Shown: in pieces, positions 37,123 to 46,695 of the stretch
Layout of the letters: the number at the start of each line of letters is the position of its first letter
Numbering within the stretch: the stretch's first letter is position 1
DNA from: Candidatus Woesearchaeota archaeon
GTDB taxonomy: Archaea > Nanobdellota > Nanobdellia > Woesearchaeales > 0-14-0-80-44-23
NCBI GenBank assembly: GCA_038874135.1
Contig: JAVZCZ010000001.1
Location: forward strand, 288,968 to 352,967
DNA: 64,000 nucleotides
Reading direction: 5' to 3'
Made by a program: the position numbers and the translations under genes
Notes under the pieces: generated by a model
Databases searched by the model: none
Told to the model about the DNA's origin: nothing
The model's input: the letters and a program-made list of their open reading frames with translations, nothing else

Positions 37123-39581
37123 TTTTCTATTTTTATCTTTACTGCGAGGTTCTGATTCAGCTCACCGTCGTTCGCTGAGAAGTATATACTTTTTACCTTT
37201 CCGCCAGCCATTACATGCTTAGCAATTTTTTGAATCTTTTTCTGCATCTGTTCATCACATTCTATTATCATCCTGGAAAGTTCTGTTTTTAGAGGCAGCT
37301 GACGGCTTGTTTTGAACTTTCTAGTTTCAGAGATGAGTTCTATAGCTATTCCACCAAGTTCTTCGGCTTCCGGATTTATTAGCTCTTCACGAAGTTTTGG
37401 CCATCCTGACTCGTGGATGCTTCTCTTTCCCTCAGTGTTGGCGTACATCCTGCTGAATATCTCTTCTGTTATGTGCGGGATTATGGGAGCAAATATTTTC
37501 AAGAGTGTCAAGTGTGAGGTGTAGAGCGTGTATCTTGCAGAGTTGACTTCCTCTTCACTATAGTTTGCCGAGTTGTAAAGCCTGTCTTTTATGAGTTCAA
37601 GATATTCATCGCAGAATTCGTGCCAGAAGAACGCTGCAGCTTCAAGGCGAACCTGCACGAAGTCATAGTTTTCGTATGCTTCAGTACATCGCTTGACCAG
37701 CTGGTTAAGTTTAGAGAGCATCCAAGCGTCAAGCTCATCATACCTTTCAGGCTCTTTTGGAGCGTAGCCTCTGAGGTTTTGAGCGCAGAACTTGGAAGCG
37801 TTCCATAGTTTTGTCATAAGCTTTGAGGCAACTATGAACTCCTTTTCTGAGAAGCTTATGTCATCACCTAGTTTTGCGCTGGCAGCCCAGAATCTTAATG
37901 CGTCGGCAGAGTATTTGGAAATCATCTCAAGCGGGTCTATTCCATTGCCCTTGCTCTTGCTCATCTTTCTTCCGTGAGCATCAAGGGCCCAGCCGTTTAT
38001 CATTATGTCCTTCCAAGGCACCTGGTTGGTGTGCAGAGTCCCTTTAACTATGGTGGTGAAAGCCCAGAAGTTTATTATGTCGTGCCCCTGAGGCCTTAAG
38101 CTCATCGGATACATTTTATTGAAGAATTGCCTGTCAGTGTCCCAGTTTAGAGCTATTTCTGGGGTTAAAGAGCTTGTTGCCCAGGTGTCCAAAACATCCT
38201 TTTCAGGTATGAACTCTTTTGAACCGCACTTTGGACAGGGCTTTTCGGGACTTGATTCTGTAGGATCAACCGGAAGCTTATCCTCTTCAGCAATTATTAT
38301 CTCTCCACAATTTTTGCAGTACCATACGGGGAATGGAACTCCGAAGAAGCGCTGTCTTGAAATACACCAGTCCCACTGAAGCCCCTTTACCCAGTTGTCA
38401 TAGGTATTCCTCATGTATTCAGGATGCCACCTTATCTTTCTTGCAGCTTCTAACAGGCTATCTTTCAGGTCAAGATACCTTATAAACCATTGGGGCGTTA
38501 CTAAGAATTCTATCTCAGTACCGCACCTCTCGTGAACATTCACAGTGTGGGTTATGCTGGTTTGAGAAACGAGCAGCCCGTTGCTGGCTAAGTCCTCAAT
38601 TATTTTCCTGCGCGCCTCTTTTATCGGCAGCCCCTTATAAACTCCAGCTATATCACTCATCACTCCTTCTGAAGTTATCGCCATCTTAAGCGGAAGTTCA
38701 TACTTCTTCCACCATTCTATGTCTGTCTGGTCTCCGAATGTGCAGCACATAACTACGCCTGTGCCCTTCTCAGGGTCCGCCTTTTCATCTCCAAGAATTG
38801 GAACATAATAACCGAATAGGGGAACCTTGGCTTTCTTTCCAATTAGGTGAGAGTGCCTCGCATCTTCAGGATTCACAAAAACAGCCACGCAGGCTGGAAG
38901 CAGCTCGGGCCTTGTTGTTGCAATGTGTATCTTTTCTCCACTTTCCAATTCAAACAGGATCTCGTTGAACTGTGAATGCACTTCCTTGTCATTAAGCTCT
39001 GCCTGCGCTATTGCGGTCCTGCACTCTGGGCACCAGAGGGTTGGTGAATTTTTTCTGTATTCGCGGCCCATCTTGTAGAGCTCTATGAATGAAAGCTGAC
39101 TAACCCTCTGGCAGTGCTTGTCTATTGTTCTATATGTTAGACGCCAATCACAGGCAAGCCCTAAAGAGCGCCAGGACTGCCTGAGAACTTTTTCAACTTC
39201 TTCTGTTTCTCTAAGGCAGAGCTGCACAAACTCTGAACGGGCCATCTCAACTGCCTTCTTCCCAGTTTTCTTTTCTACAAATCGCTCAGTAGCAAGGCCG
39301 TTGTCATCTAAGCCGAATGGGTAGAATAGGTTTTCTCCTTTTAGGAGGTGGTATCTGGCTATTATATCCATCTGGGAGTAGGAGAATGCGTGCCCCATGT
39401 GCATCTCGCCAGAGACTGTTGGGGGCGGAGTGTCTATTGAGAATACTGGCTTTGTTGATTCCGGGTCAAAGCCGCCTATGTGGGCTTCCTGCCAGTATTC
39501 CTGCCACTTTTTTTCCACTGAGTGCGGCTCGTAGAACTTATCAAAGCCGTCAGCAGGTCCCTCAATATTGGTCTCTGCCAT
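37119..39581 (-). CDS. valS: Class Ia aminoacyl-tRNA synthetase, most consistent with valyl-tRNA synthetase
   Basis: PPPTVSGEMHMGHAF (HIGH), CISRQRFFGVPFP, KMSKSKGN. Length about 820 aa from ATG 39581. The longest ORF extends to 39713. Confidence 0.55.
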   Translation of the reverse strand: MAETNIEGPADGFDKFYEPHSVEKKWQEYWQEAHIGGFDPESTKPVFSIDTPPPTVSGEMHMGHAFSYSQMDIIARYHLLKGENLFYPFGLDDNGLATERFVEKKTGKKAVEMARSEFVQLCLRETEEVEKVLRQSWRSLGLACDWRLTYRTIDKHCQRVSQLSFIELYKMGREYRKNSPTLWCPECRTAIAQAELNDKEVHSQFNEILFELESGEKIHIATTRPELLPACVAVFVNPEDARHSHLIGKKAKVPLFGYYVPILGDEKADPEKGTGVVMCCTFGDQTDIEWWKKYELPLKMAITSEGVMSDIAGVYKGLPIKEARRKIIEDLASNGLLVSQTSITHTVNVHERCGTEIEFLVTPQWFIRYLDLKDSLLEAARKIRWHPEYMRNTYDNWVKGLQWDWCISRQRFFGVPFPVWYCKNCGEIIIAEEDKLPVDPTESSPEKPCPKCGSKEFIPEKDVLDTWATSSLTPEIALNWDTDRQFFNKMYPMSLRPQGHDIINFWAFTTIVKGTLHTNQVPWKDIMINGWALDAHGRKMSKSKGNGIDPLEMISKYSADALRFWAASAKLGDDISFSEKEFIVASKLMTKLWNASKFCAQNLRGYAPKEPERYDELDAWMLSKLNQLVKRCTEAYENYDFVQVRLEAAAFFWHEFCDEYLELIKDRLYNSANYSEEEVNSARYTLYTSHLTLLKIFAPIIPHITEEIFSRMYANTEGKRSIHESGWPKLREELINPEAEELGGIAIELISETRKFKTSRQLPLKTELSRMIIECDEQMQKKIQKIAKHVMAGGKVKSIYFSANDGELNQNLAVKIKIEK

Positions 39582-39675
39582 AGAATGTTTTAGGAGTAAA
39601 TATTGGTTTATAAAACTTTTGTGTTGAAAGAAATAAATAGAAAGTTTAATAATAATATAGACATTTTTAAGATTT

Positions 39676-40485
39676 GTGAAACGAAGAGTTGGGAATAAAT
39701 TTTTTGATGACATAAGCGCAAAGTATGGCAGGCCAGATTACTATGACATTGAATATCATTTAAGGAACTCAACATTTAAAGAAATAAAAGAGCTCATTAG
39801 ATATTATAGGATAAAAAATGTTTTGGAGGCTGGCTGCGGCAACGGAATTCTAACTGAACAAATTTCTAAGCTTAAATTTAAGATAACTGCTGTGGACTTC
39901 TCTATTGGTATGCTGAGAGAAGCTAAAAAGAGAGTTGGCAGTATATGCAGTGTAAGTTTCGTTAGGGCAAATTTAAAGAGGATTCCTTTTAAGAATGAGA
40001 GTTTTGATTTGGTTATACTCTCAAATGTGCTTATAAATCAGAACGATGAAGATGCTAAAAAAATTATAAGAGAGTGCTGCAGGGTGTTAAAGCCGGGCGG
40101 ATTTTTAGTACTAAACTTTGAAAAGAGAAGAAGTATCTGGTCATTATGCTTAGGATTGGGAAGGAGCGATAAGTTTTTTGCACGGGCATACAATTCTGGT
40201 TTTATAATGGGAATACTGAACGAAGAAAAACTTTCTGTTGCCAAGATTTTAGATGTGGGCTTTGAAAGGTATAAAAATGTTAAGGGGCTTGGACTAATAA
40301 TGAGAAAGGAAGAAAAATTCAAAGAGAAGATTAAAAGAATTTTTTCAAGTCGGAAATCCTTCATCGGGACAGTAAAATATATAATGATAAGGCTATGCTT
40401 AAAGGTGAGCATATCTTTAAGAGAGAGTCCTGCAAGGATAATTGTTGCGAAGAAGCATGAAAGAAACAAACCTGCCCTGGAGTGA
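39676..40485 (+). CDS. Class I SAM-dependent methyltransferase
   Basis: VLEAGCGNGILT...AVDFS...LKPGGFLVL. Confidence 0.65.
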   Translation: MKRRVGNKFFDDISAKYGRPDYYDIEYHLRNSTFKEIKELIRYYRIKNVLEAGCGNGILTEQISKLKFKITAVDFSIGMLREAKKRVGSICSVSFVRANLKRIPFKNESFDLVILSNVLINQNDEDAKKIIRECCRVLKPGGFLVLNFEKRRSIWSLCLGLGRSDKFFARAYNSGFIMGILNEEKLSVAKILDVGFERYKNVKGLGLIMRKEEKFKEKIKRIFSSRKSFIGTVKYIMIRLCLKVSISLRESPARIIVAKKHERNKPALE

Positions 40486-41695
40486 GAAGTACAGGCCTGA
40501 AAGAGCTTCTGAAGTGATTGGCCAGGATGAGGCTCTTGGCAAGCTTAAAAAGTTTATTTTGAACTTTGGCAGGGGCAGAGAGAAGGCAGCACTCTTATAT
40601 GGGCCTTCAGGAACTGGGAAGACCTGCTCTGTTTATGCTATTGCGCAAGAGCACGACTTTGAGGTTTTGGAGGTTAATGCTTCTGATTTCAGGAGTGACG
40701 AGCAGCTCAGGGCAACTGTTGGAATCGCTTCCAGGCAGGCCTCCCTCTTCGGCAGGAAGAAGATAATCTTAGTGGATGAGATTGAGGGCATAACCGGCTC
40801 TGAGGATCGAGGGGGGCTGCAGGAGCTTGCTAGGATTATTGAAAGTACCAATTTTCCGATTGTTATGACTGCATCCTTTAAGGAGAGTCCTCAGGAAGTG
40901 CATTGGGATTCAAGGTTTAACGCTGTAAGAAAGTCGGCTCTTCTAATAAGATTTTACAGGTTGAAAAATGAGGATGTTTTAAAAATTATTTTAAAGGTTG
41001 CTAGGGCTGAAGGATTGAACATTAAGATGGATTCTCTTTTGAGGATAGCGAGCATGTCCGGCGGGGATGCTAGGGCTGCTATTAATGACCTTCAAACCTG
41101 TTCTTCTGATTATAATAACTTAGAGAGCTTTTCTTCAGTTGCTGGAGACAGGCTTCAAGAGGAAAGTATGTCTTCAGCACTAATAAGAGTTTTTAAGGGT
41201 ACAAATCTGGAAATAGCTTCGGCTGCCTTCTCCAGGGTTAATGAAGATCCGGATACACAGTTCCTCTGGGTTGAAGAGAACCTTCCTAGAGAGTATAAGC
41301 TCATTGAAGATTTGTTCAGGGCTTATGACGCCCTCTCAAAGGCAGATGTTTTTCGGGGTAGAATTGTTAAGAGGCAGTATTGGGGATACCTGCGCACTGT
41401 TGAGCTCTTAATGACCGCGGGTGTTGCTGCTGCTAAGGATGCTAAGTATTCTGGAGAGCCAGATTTTAAAGAGCCAAAGAGGGCTCTGTATGAGTGGATT
41501 ATGAATTCAAGATATGCTAAGAGGAAGTCAATAGCGCAGAAGCTTGCTTTGAAGACGCACTGCTCAACTGCTGAGGCAGTTCAGCTAATTCCATTTATCA
41601 GTTTCATTTTTCGATATGGCAGGAAATTTTCAGAACAGGTTTCTTCCGAGCTGGGTTTGGAAGAAGAAGAAGTAGAATGGTTAAAGTCAAGATAA
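40442..41695 (+). CDS. rfcL: Replication factor C large subunit
   Basis: LPWSEKYRP..., YGPSGTGKT Walker A, DEIE. Archaeal/eukaryal clamp-loader architecture. Confidence 0.75.
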   Translation: MLRRSMKETNLPWSEKYRPERASEVIGQDEALGKLKKFILNFGRGREKAALLYGPSGTGKTCSVYAIAQEHDFEVLEVNASDFRSDEQLRATVGIASRQASLFGRKKIILVDEIEGITGSEDRGGLQELARIIESTNFPIVMTASFKESPQEVHWDSRFNAVRKSALLIRFYRLKNEDVLKIILKVARAEGLNIKMDSLLRIASMSGGDARAAINDLQTCSSDYNNLESFSSVAGDRLQEESMSSALIRVFKGTNLEIASAAFSRVNEDPDTQFLWVEENLPREYKLIEDLFRAYDALSKADVFRGRIVKRQYWGYLRTVELLMTAGVAAAKDAKYSGEPDFKEPKRALYEWIMNSRYAKRKSIAQKLALKTHCSTAEAVQLIPFISFIFRYGRKFSEQVSSELGLEEEEVEWLKSR

Positions 41696-41717
41696 AAAGA
41701 AAAAGATTTTAAAAATT

Positions 41718-41930
41718 TCAGATCATATCTCCTATGGTTATGTCTGAAGAGTCTTCTATCATCCCTACAGTTGCCTGCTCAGGCGCCTCAGCTTCTTGAG
41801 CGGAGTTAGTCTGCTGATAGCTCTCGCCTTTAATGTTGGTTGATTTGCACCCTGAAATTAATGTTATTGCAAAAAGTCCCACTGCTATGAGTCCAAATAG
41901 GATTATTGCGTAGAGGATTTTCATACTCAT
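41718..41930 (-). CDS. Small lipoprotein-like secreted protein
   Basis: Signal peptide followed by Cys (LISGCKS). 4-nt overlap with the upstream ORF. Confidence 0.3.
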   Translation of the reverse strand: MSMKILYAIILFGLIAVGLFAITLISGCKSTNIKGESYQQTNSAQEAEAPEQATVGMIEDSSDITIGDMI

Positions 41931-42895
41931 CGCCTCCTGCTATTTTCATTCTTAGAGTTCCCAACTGGAATTGAAGAGCTGTTTTTATACCTGCTGTATA
42001 TTCTTTCAATTCTCTGACCTATACTCTCATTCCTTTGACGTAGCTGGTTAATTCTCTTTTCCAGGTTAAGCTGTCTCTCTTGAAGCCGCTCAGTCCTTCT
42101 TTCTAAAATCCTGTTCTTCACCGCCATATTATATACTGAGATTCTCTTCATATTTTCGTTTATCTTGCTCAAAAGCTTAACCCTCTCGCTCGGAGGTGCG
42201 GATTGGATTATGCCTTTGAGGTATTCGTGAACCTCTTTCTGCGATGCATTCCCACTTCTAACTGCTTCTATTAAAGAGTCATTATTGACTCCCAGCTTTT
42301 GAAGTGTAATGTTTAGGAACTGCGCATTGTAAGCTCTTCTCATCTGCTGTATCTGGTCACTTATGTTCTGAAGCTGTGTTCTTTCCATATCTTGAATCCT
42401 TAAGCGTATCCTATCCCTCGTTGCTTCTTTTAGCATTGGCGAAGCCGTCTTTCTGAACTCCTGAGTTAGGTTTATTGCTTGCGCCTTTATGTCCACAAAC
42501 TGCTGAGCAAGCTCATCAGCTGATTTAGTGGTTGTGTTAAGCTCGCTTATTAGCTCATTAACTTCGTCGCTAAGAGCGCGCAGCCCGTCCAGCTTTGCTT
42601 CCAGCATTGAAGTGTCTGTGCTGGAATTTGCACTCTTAATCTGTTCTATTATATATTCTCCTGCAGCTATGTTTCTCAGTATGCTCTTTTGCAGTTGAAG
42701 AAGCCTGACCTCTGCACCCAAGGGGTATAAAAAGGGGGTTATCTCGCTCTCATTAACCTCGGTGCTGTTGTCAGGCTGTGCTTCTTCTGCAAAGGCAACT
42801 CCTGATAATACTGCCAGGAGCCCGAGCATAAATATGACATACGCCAGTTTTCTATCCATGTTTTTCATCCTCCAGCCAGCATTCTCTGTAAGCAT
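41927..42895 (-). CDS. Secreted coiled-coil protein
   Basis: Signal peptide plus heptad-rich sequence. Confidence 0.35.
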   Translation of the reverse strand: MLTENAGWRMKNMDRKLAYVIFMLGLLAVLSGVAFAEEAQPDNSTEVNESEITPFLYPLGAEVRLLQLQKSILRNIAAGEYIIEQIKSANSSTDTSMLEAKLDGLRALSDEVNELISELNTTTKSADELAQQFVDIKAQAINLTQEFRKTASPMLKEATRDRIRLRIQDMERTQLQNISDQIQQMRRAYNAQFLNITLQKLGVNNDSLIEAVRSGNASQKEVHEYLKGIIQSAPPSERVKLLSKINENMKRISVYNMAVKNRILERRTERLQERQLNLEKRINQLRQRNESIGQRIERIYSRYKNSSSIPVGNSKNENSRRR

Positions 42896-42993
42896 TTCAT
42901 CTTGGCTGCTGGCCCAATTATAATTATTTATGTGGAACCGTTTAATAATTTAATCCGGAACCCTGCGGAACATTCCGGAACAATCAGAAAGGT

Positions 42994-43764
42994 TTAATGC
43001 TCCTTTTCCCTTTTTATTGAAAGCAGGTTTGTCATTCCGTACCTGTCCTTCTGCACGAGACCCTTGCTTATCAACGCCTGGATGTTTCTGGATAGTGAGG
43101 ATTTTGGAATTTTAAGTTCTTGCATTATTCTTGCTTGAGTTGCTGAACCTCCCGATTTAAATATGATTTTCATTATCTGCGCCTGTCTGACTGGAAGCTT
43201 CTTTATCTTTTCTGTCATATCTGAGTTGTTTTCAGCCTTGTGGTTTTCTGTAGTTTGAGCTGGAAAATTTCGCCTCTTTTTTATTATAAGCATGATAATA
43301 GTTATCATTGCAAGTACTAGTATGAGGCCCAGTGCAGTTTCAAGGATTATGTTGTTCTCTCTTTTGTTTTCCAGGGAATATTGCACTAGCAGGTATGGTT
43401 TTTCAGAGTTGCCCAGCACAGTTACTTCCAGGCGGTCTCCTACAGATTCTATCCTAAATGGTGAGGATGCCTTAACATAGTTTATTTTAGAATTCTGCGG
43501 AAGCTGGGCTGAGAATATGTATTCTGAAAATTCTGCATCTGGACTTATGTTCAAAAGCCAGTATGCTCCACTCTTTGAAGTCAAAGTGTCATAAACTCCT
43601 GGCTTAAGCCCTTCAAAGTTTGTTCTTCCCGAGACTGTAGCTTTTCCAGAATTATCAATTGAAAATTGTAGGTCTGCGTAGTAGCTCGTAGCAGCTGCAT
43701 AAGTGCTGGTGGAAGCAAGCATTGTGAATATTATGATTGTTAAGATCCACGCTCTCATTTTCAT
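42994..43764 (-). CDS. Membrane-anchored transcriptional regulator (extracellular domain - TM - cytoplasmic winged HTH)
   Basis: Signal peptide, about 150-aa ectodomain, TM (ALGLILVLAMITIIMLII), then C-terminal HTH IMKIIFKSGGSATQARIMQELKIPKSSLSRNIQALISKGLV. Confidence 0.45.
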   Translation of the reverse strand: MKMRAWILTIIIFTMLASTSTYAAATSYYADLQFSIDNSGKATVSGRTNFEGLKPGVYDTLTSKSGAYWLLNISPDAEFSEYIFSAQLPQNSKINYVKASSPFRIESVGDRLEVTVLGNSEKPYLLVQYSLENKRENNIILETALGLILVLAMITIIMLIIKKRRNFPAQTTENHKAENNSDMTEKIKKLPVRQAQIMKIIFKSGGSATQARIMQELKIPKSSLSRNIQALISKGLVQKDRYGMTNLLSIKREKEH

Positions 43765-43835
43765 TCCACCTTGAATGTATCTGCTCATATTTATAAATAT
43801 TACAGAATATTTTATAAAGTGGTAAGAGATAACCA

Positions 43836-45329
43836 TTGCAAGTGATATTCATGAAAAATGGAGAAGAGTCCAGCATCACAATAAGCGACCTGGCAGTTTT
43901 CTGCAAAAAGAAGGGCTTCGTTTTCCAGAACTCTGAGCTCTATAACGGCCTCTCAGGATTCTGGGACTTCGGGCCTTTAGGGGTTGAGCTCTTTAACAAC
44001 ATCAAGGCTAGCTGGTGGAAGCGCTTTGTGCAGAGCAGGTCTGATGTTGTAGGTATGGACGGCAGCATAATTTCGCACGGCAGGGTTTGGAAGGCTTCTG
44101 GCCATATTGAAAGCTTTTCTGACATATCAGTTAAGTGTTCCAAGTGTGGTAAGATTAACAAGATTGACAAGTCTGAGCTTGGAAAAGCTAAATGCGAGTT
44201 CTGCGGCGGCAGTTTAGATAAGAGCACTGCTAAGGAGGTCAAGCTACTCTTTCCAGTTTCAGTCGGATCAGAAGGTACTATTGCTTACCTCAGGGGAGAA
44301 ACTGCTCAGGAGATGTTCATCAATTTTAAGATGATCGCTGAAACTATGAGAATGAAACTTCCATTTGGCATTGCTCAGGTAGGAAGGTGCTTCAGAAATG
44401 AAATTGCCCCGAGGGACTTTCTTTTCAGGTGCAGGGAATTTCACATTGCCGAGTTTGAATATTTCATAAATCCTAGGAGTGATAAGTGTTCAATTATGGA
44501 TGCAGAGCACCTTAATTTGAGAGTAATGCTTTTAGATGCCAATACTCAGGAGCAGGGTTCAAAGGAGATGCGAGAAGTAACCATAAGTCAGATGGTCTCT
44601 GAGGGCATTTTAGATGAGTGGCACGCCTACTGGCTGGCTGAGCAATTTCTGTGGTACTTGTCTTTAGGGCTTAGCTGGGATAGGCTTAGAGTTAGAGAGC
44701 ATGTTAAGAGCGAGCTGGCGCACTATTCTACTGCAACATTTGATATTGATTACAAGTTTCCGTTCGGATTTAAGGAGATAAGCGGAATTGCTAATAGGGG
44801 TCAGTATGATCTTACTAGGCACATGAAGGAGAGCGGGAAAAGTTTGGAGTATTTTGATGAGGAGACTAGGGAGAATATAGTTCCAAGGGTGATTGAGCCC
44901 TCTTTTGGCATGGAGAGGGCTTTCCTCGCAGTACTCTCTGAAGCATATTCTTATGATAAGGAAAGGGAGAATGTTGTGCTGAAAATAATTCCCGAGCTAG
45001 CGCCTGTGAAGGTTGCAGTTCTGCCCCTGCTTTCTAACAGGCCTGAACTTCTGAAACTTGCACTGCAGGTTTATGACAAGTTAAGGAAGAGGTTTGTCTG
45101 CACTTATGACAAGTCAGGCTCTATAGGCAGGAGGTATGCCCGTCAGGACGAGATTGGAACTCCTTTCTGCGTCACCATAGATTTTGAGAGTGTTTCAAAT
45201 GGCGATGTGACTGTTAGGGACAGAGACACTACAAGGCAGGTTAGAGTAGGAATTTCTGAGTTGGAGGATGTGCTTTCTGCGCTGATTTCTGGAAGTAAGA
45301 GTTTTGAAGAGCTGGCGCAGAAGAAGTAA
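43836..45329 (+). CDS. glyS: Glycyl-tRNA synthetase, archaeal/eukaryotic alpha2 type
   Basis: Class II motifs (FRNEI...), Zn-ribbon-like insertion CSKCGKINKIDKSELGKAKCEFCGG, C-terminal anticodon-binding domain. Confidence 0.85.
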   Translation: MQVIFMKNGEESSITISDLAVFCKKKGFVFQNSELYNGLSGFWDFGPLGVELFNNIKASWWKRFVQSRSDVVGMDGSIISHGRVWKASGHIESFSDISVKCSKCGKINKIDKSELGKAKCEFCGGSLDKSTAKEVKLLFPVSVGSEGTIAYLRGETAQEMFINFKMIAETMRMKLPFGIAQVGRCFRNEIAPRDFLFRCREFHIAEFEYFINPRSDKCSIMDAEHLNLRVMLLDANTQEQGSKEMREVTISQMVSEGILDEWHAYWLAEQFLWYLSLGLSWDRLRVREHVKSELAHYSTATFDIDYKFPFGFKEISGIANRGQYDLTRHMKESGKSLEYFDEETRENIVPRVIEPSFGMERAFLAVLSEAYSYDKERENVVLKIIPELAPVKVAVLPLLSNRPELLKLALQVYDKLRKRFVCTYDKSGSIGRRYARQDEIGTPFCVTIDFESVSNGDVTVRDRDTTRQVRVGISELEDVLSALISGSKSFEELAQKK

Positions 45330-45403
45330 ATTCTTCTTTTTAGTATCCGCATATTGTTCCAAACAAATAAATTTATAAATAACCCTCTGATTTCCTGCAG
45401 TTT

Positions 45404-45796
45404 ATGAAAATCAAAGATATAAAGGCGAATCAGGGAAAGATTGAAGTTTCAGGAACTGTGAGCAACAAGAGTGAAGTTAGAACTTTTAACAAGTTTGGAA
45501 GGGAAGGCAGGGTTGCTAGCGCAACGCTGAGTGACGAGTCTGGATCTATAAAGCTGACCTTGTGGAACGAGCAGGTAGACCAGGTTGGAGATAATGATAA
45601 GATAAAGATTGAAAACGGCTATGCTTCAGAGTATCAGGGCGAAGTTCAGCTCTCCACTGGAAAGTTTGGGAGGCTTTCCATTATTGAAAAAGCAGAACCT
45701 GGCGATAAGGCAAAATCTGGAAAGGCAGGCAAGATTGAAGATTTGGAAGAAGACGAGTTTGAAAGTGCTGAAGAGGAAAGCTTTGACGATTTTTAA
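45404..45796 (+). CDS. ssb: Single-stranded DNA-binding protein (OB fold, acidic C-tail)
   Basis: OB-fold pattern GTVSNKSEVRTFNKFGREGRVASATLSDESGSIKLTLWNEQ and acidic tail EDLEEDEFESAEEESFDDF. Confidence 0.6.
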   Translation: MKIKDIKANQGKIEVSGTVSNKSEVRTFNKFGREGRVASATLSDESGSIKLTLWNEQVDQVGDNDKIKIENGYASEYQGEVQLSTGKFGRLSIIEKAEPGDKAKSGKAGKIEDLEEDEFESAEEESFDDF

Positions 45797-45853
45797 TCTT
45801 CACCTTTGCTTCCAAAAAGTTTATAAGCACTCCTTGTTTGGTTTTTTGTTGAT

Positions 45854-45927
45854 GGGTCGGTAGCTCAGCCTGGGAGAGCACCACGCTGAAGACGTGGGTG
45901 TCCGGGATTCAAATTCCCGCCGACCCA
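45854..45927 (+). tRNA. tRNA-Phe (anticodon GAA)
   Basis: Hand-folded cloverleaf: acceptor GGGTCGG/CCGACCC, D-arm GCTC..GAGC, anticodon stem CCACG/CGTGG with loop CTGAAGA, T-arm CGGGA TTCAAAT TCCCG, discriminator A. No CCA encoded. Confidence 0.85.
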
Positions 45928-45970
45928 CTTTGAAATTTTCTGCAAAATTTTTTTACGCTGCTTTGAAGCA

Positions 45971-46693
45971 ATGGTTAAATTATTAAAAGGCAAACTCATT
46001 TTAGCTGTTATGGAAGGGCAGAATGAGAAAGTAAAAAAAGATGAAAATGAAAAAAAGAGTTTACTTATAATATGCGCTCATCCTGATGATGAAGTTTTCG
46101 GTGCCGGAGCTACAGTGGCAAAGTATGTAATGGACGGCTGGAAGGCGAGGGCGATAATTTTTTCATACGGTGAGAAGAGTCACATCTGGCTGCAGAAGAG
46201 AGTCACTATTGAGATGCGTGTGAATGAGGCAAAAAATGCTGACCGAATAATAGGGTGCAGCGAGCCGCCAATATTTCTTGGCCTGGAAGAGGGGAAGTTT
46301 TTAACTCAGCTGAAGGAGAAGGGCCTTGATAAGAAGATTGAAGAGGTGATAATTCAGGAAAGGCCGTCTAAGATTTTTACTCACTCCTATGATGATCCGC
46401 ATCCGGATCATAGGGCTGTGGAGAGGGCTGTTAGAGAAGCTGTTAAGAATTCGGGATTGAATTGTGAGGTTCTGATGTTTGAGGTTTGGAATCTGATAAA
46501 CTTCCGAAAGAGGGACAAGCCCAGGATATATGTAAATGTTTCTAACACTTTTGATATTAAGATGGCTGCGCTGAGAGAGTTTAAGAGTCAGTGGATAGCT
46601 ATGATTCCGCTGCTTCCTAAAGTGTTTATATCAACCTTGGTAAATGGCGTTTATGCGGGCTGTCTTTATGCTGAAAAGTTTTATAAGGGATAA
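45971..46693 (+). CDS. PIG-L/LmbE-family N-acetylglucosaminyl deacetylase
   Basis: LLIICAHPDDEVFGAG motif. Confidence 0.7.
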   Translation: MVKLLKGKLILAVMEGQNEKVKKDENEKKSLLIICAHPDDEVFGAGATVAKYVMDGWKARAIIFSYGEKSHIWLQKRVTIEMRVNEAKNADRIIGCSEPPIFLGLEEGKFLTQLKEKGLDKKIEEVIIQERPSKIFTHSYDDPHPDHRAVERAVREAVKNSGLNCEVLMFEVWNLINFRKRDKPRIYVNVSNTFDIKMAALREFKSQWIAMIPLLPKVFISTLVNGVYAGCLYAEKFYKG

Positions 46694-46695
46694 AA

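Noticed and set aside
39582-39713. 44-codon N-terminal extension of the ValRS-like ORF
   Set aside because: Low-complexity hydrophobic sequence overlapping the divergent methyltransferase gene start. The conserved synthetase N-terminus begins at the ATG at 39581 (MAETNIEGP...).
45797-45970. tRNA-Phe as a possible integration site for a mobile element
   Set aside because: No integrase, direct repeat of the tRNA 3' end, or phage/plasmid genes are visible nearby. Flanking genes (ssb, PIG-L deacetylase, GT4, smc) look chromosomal.
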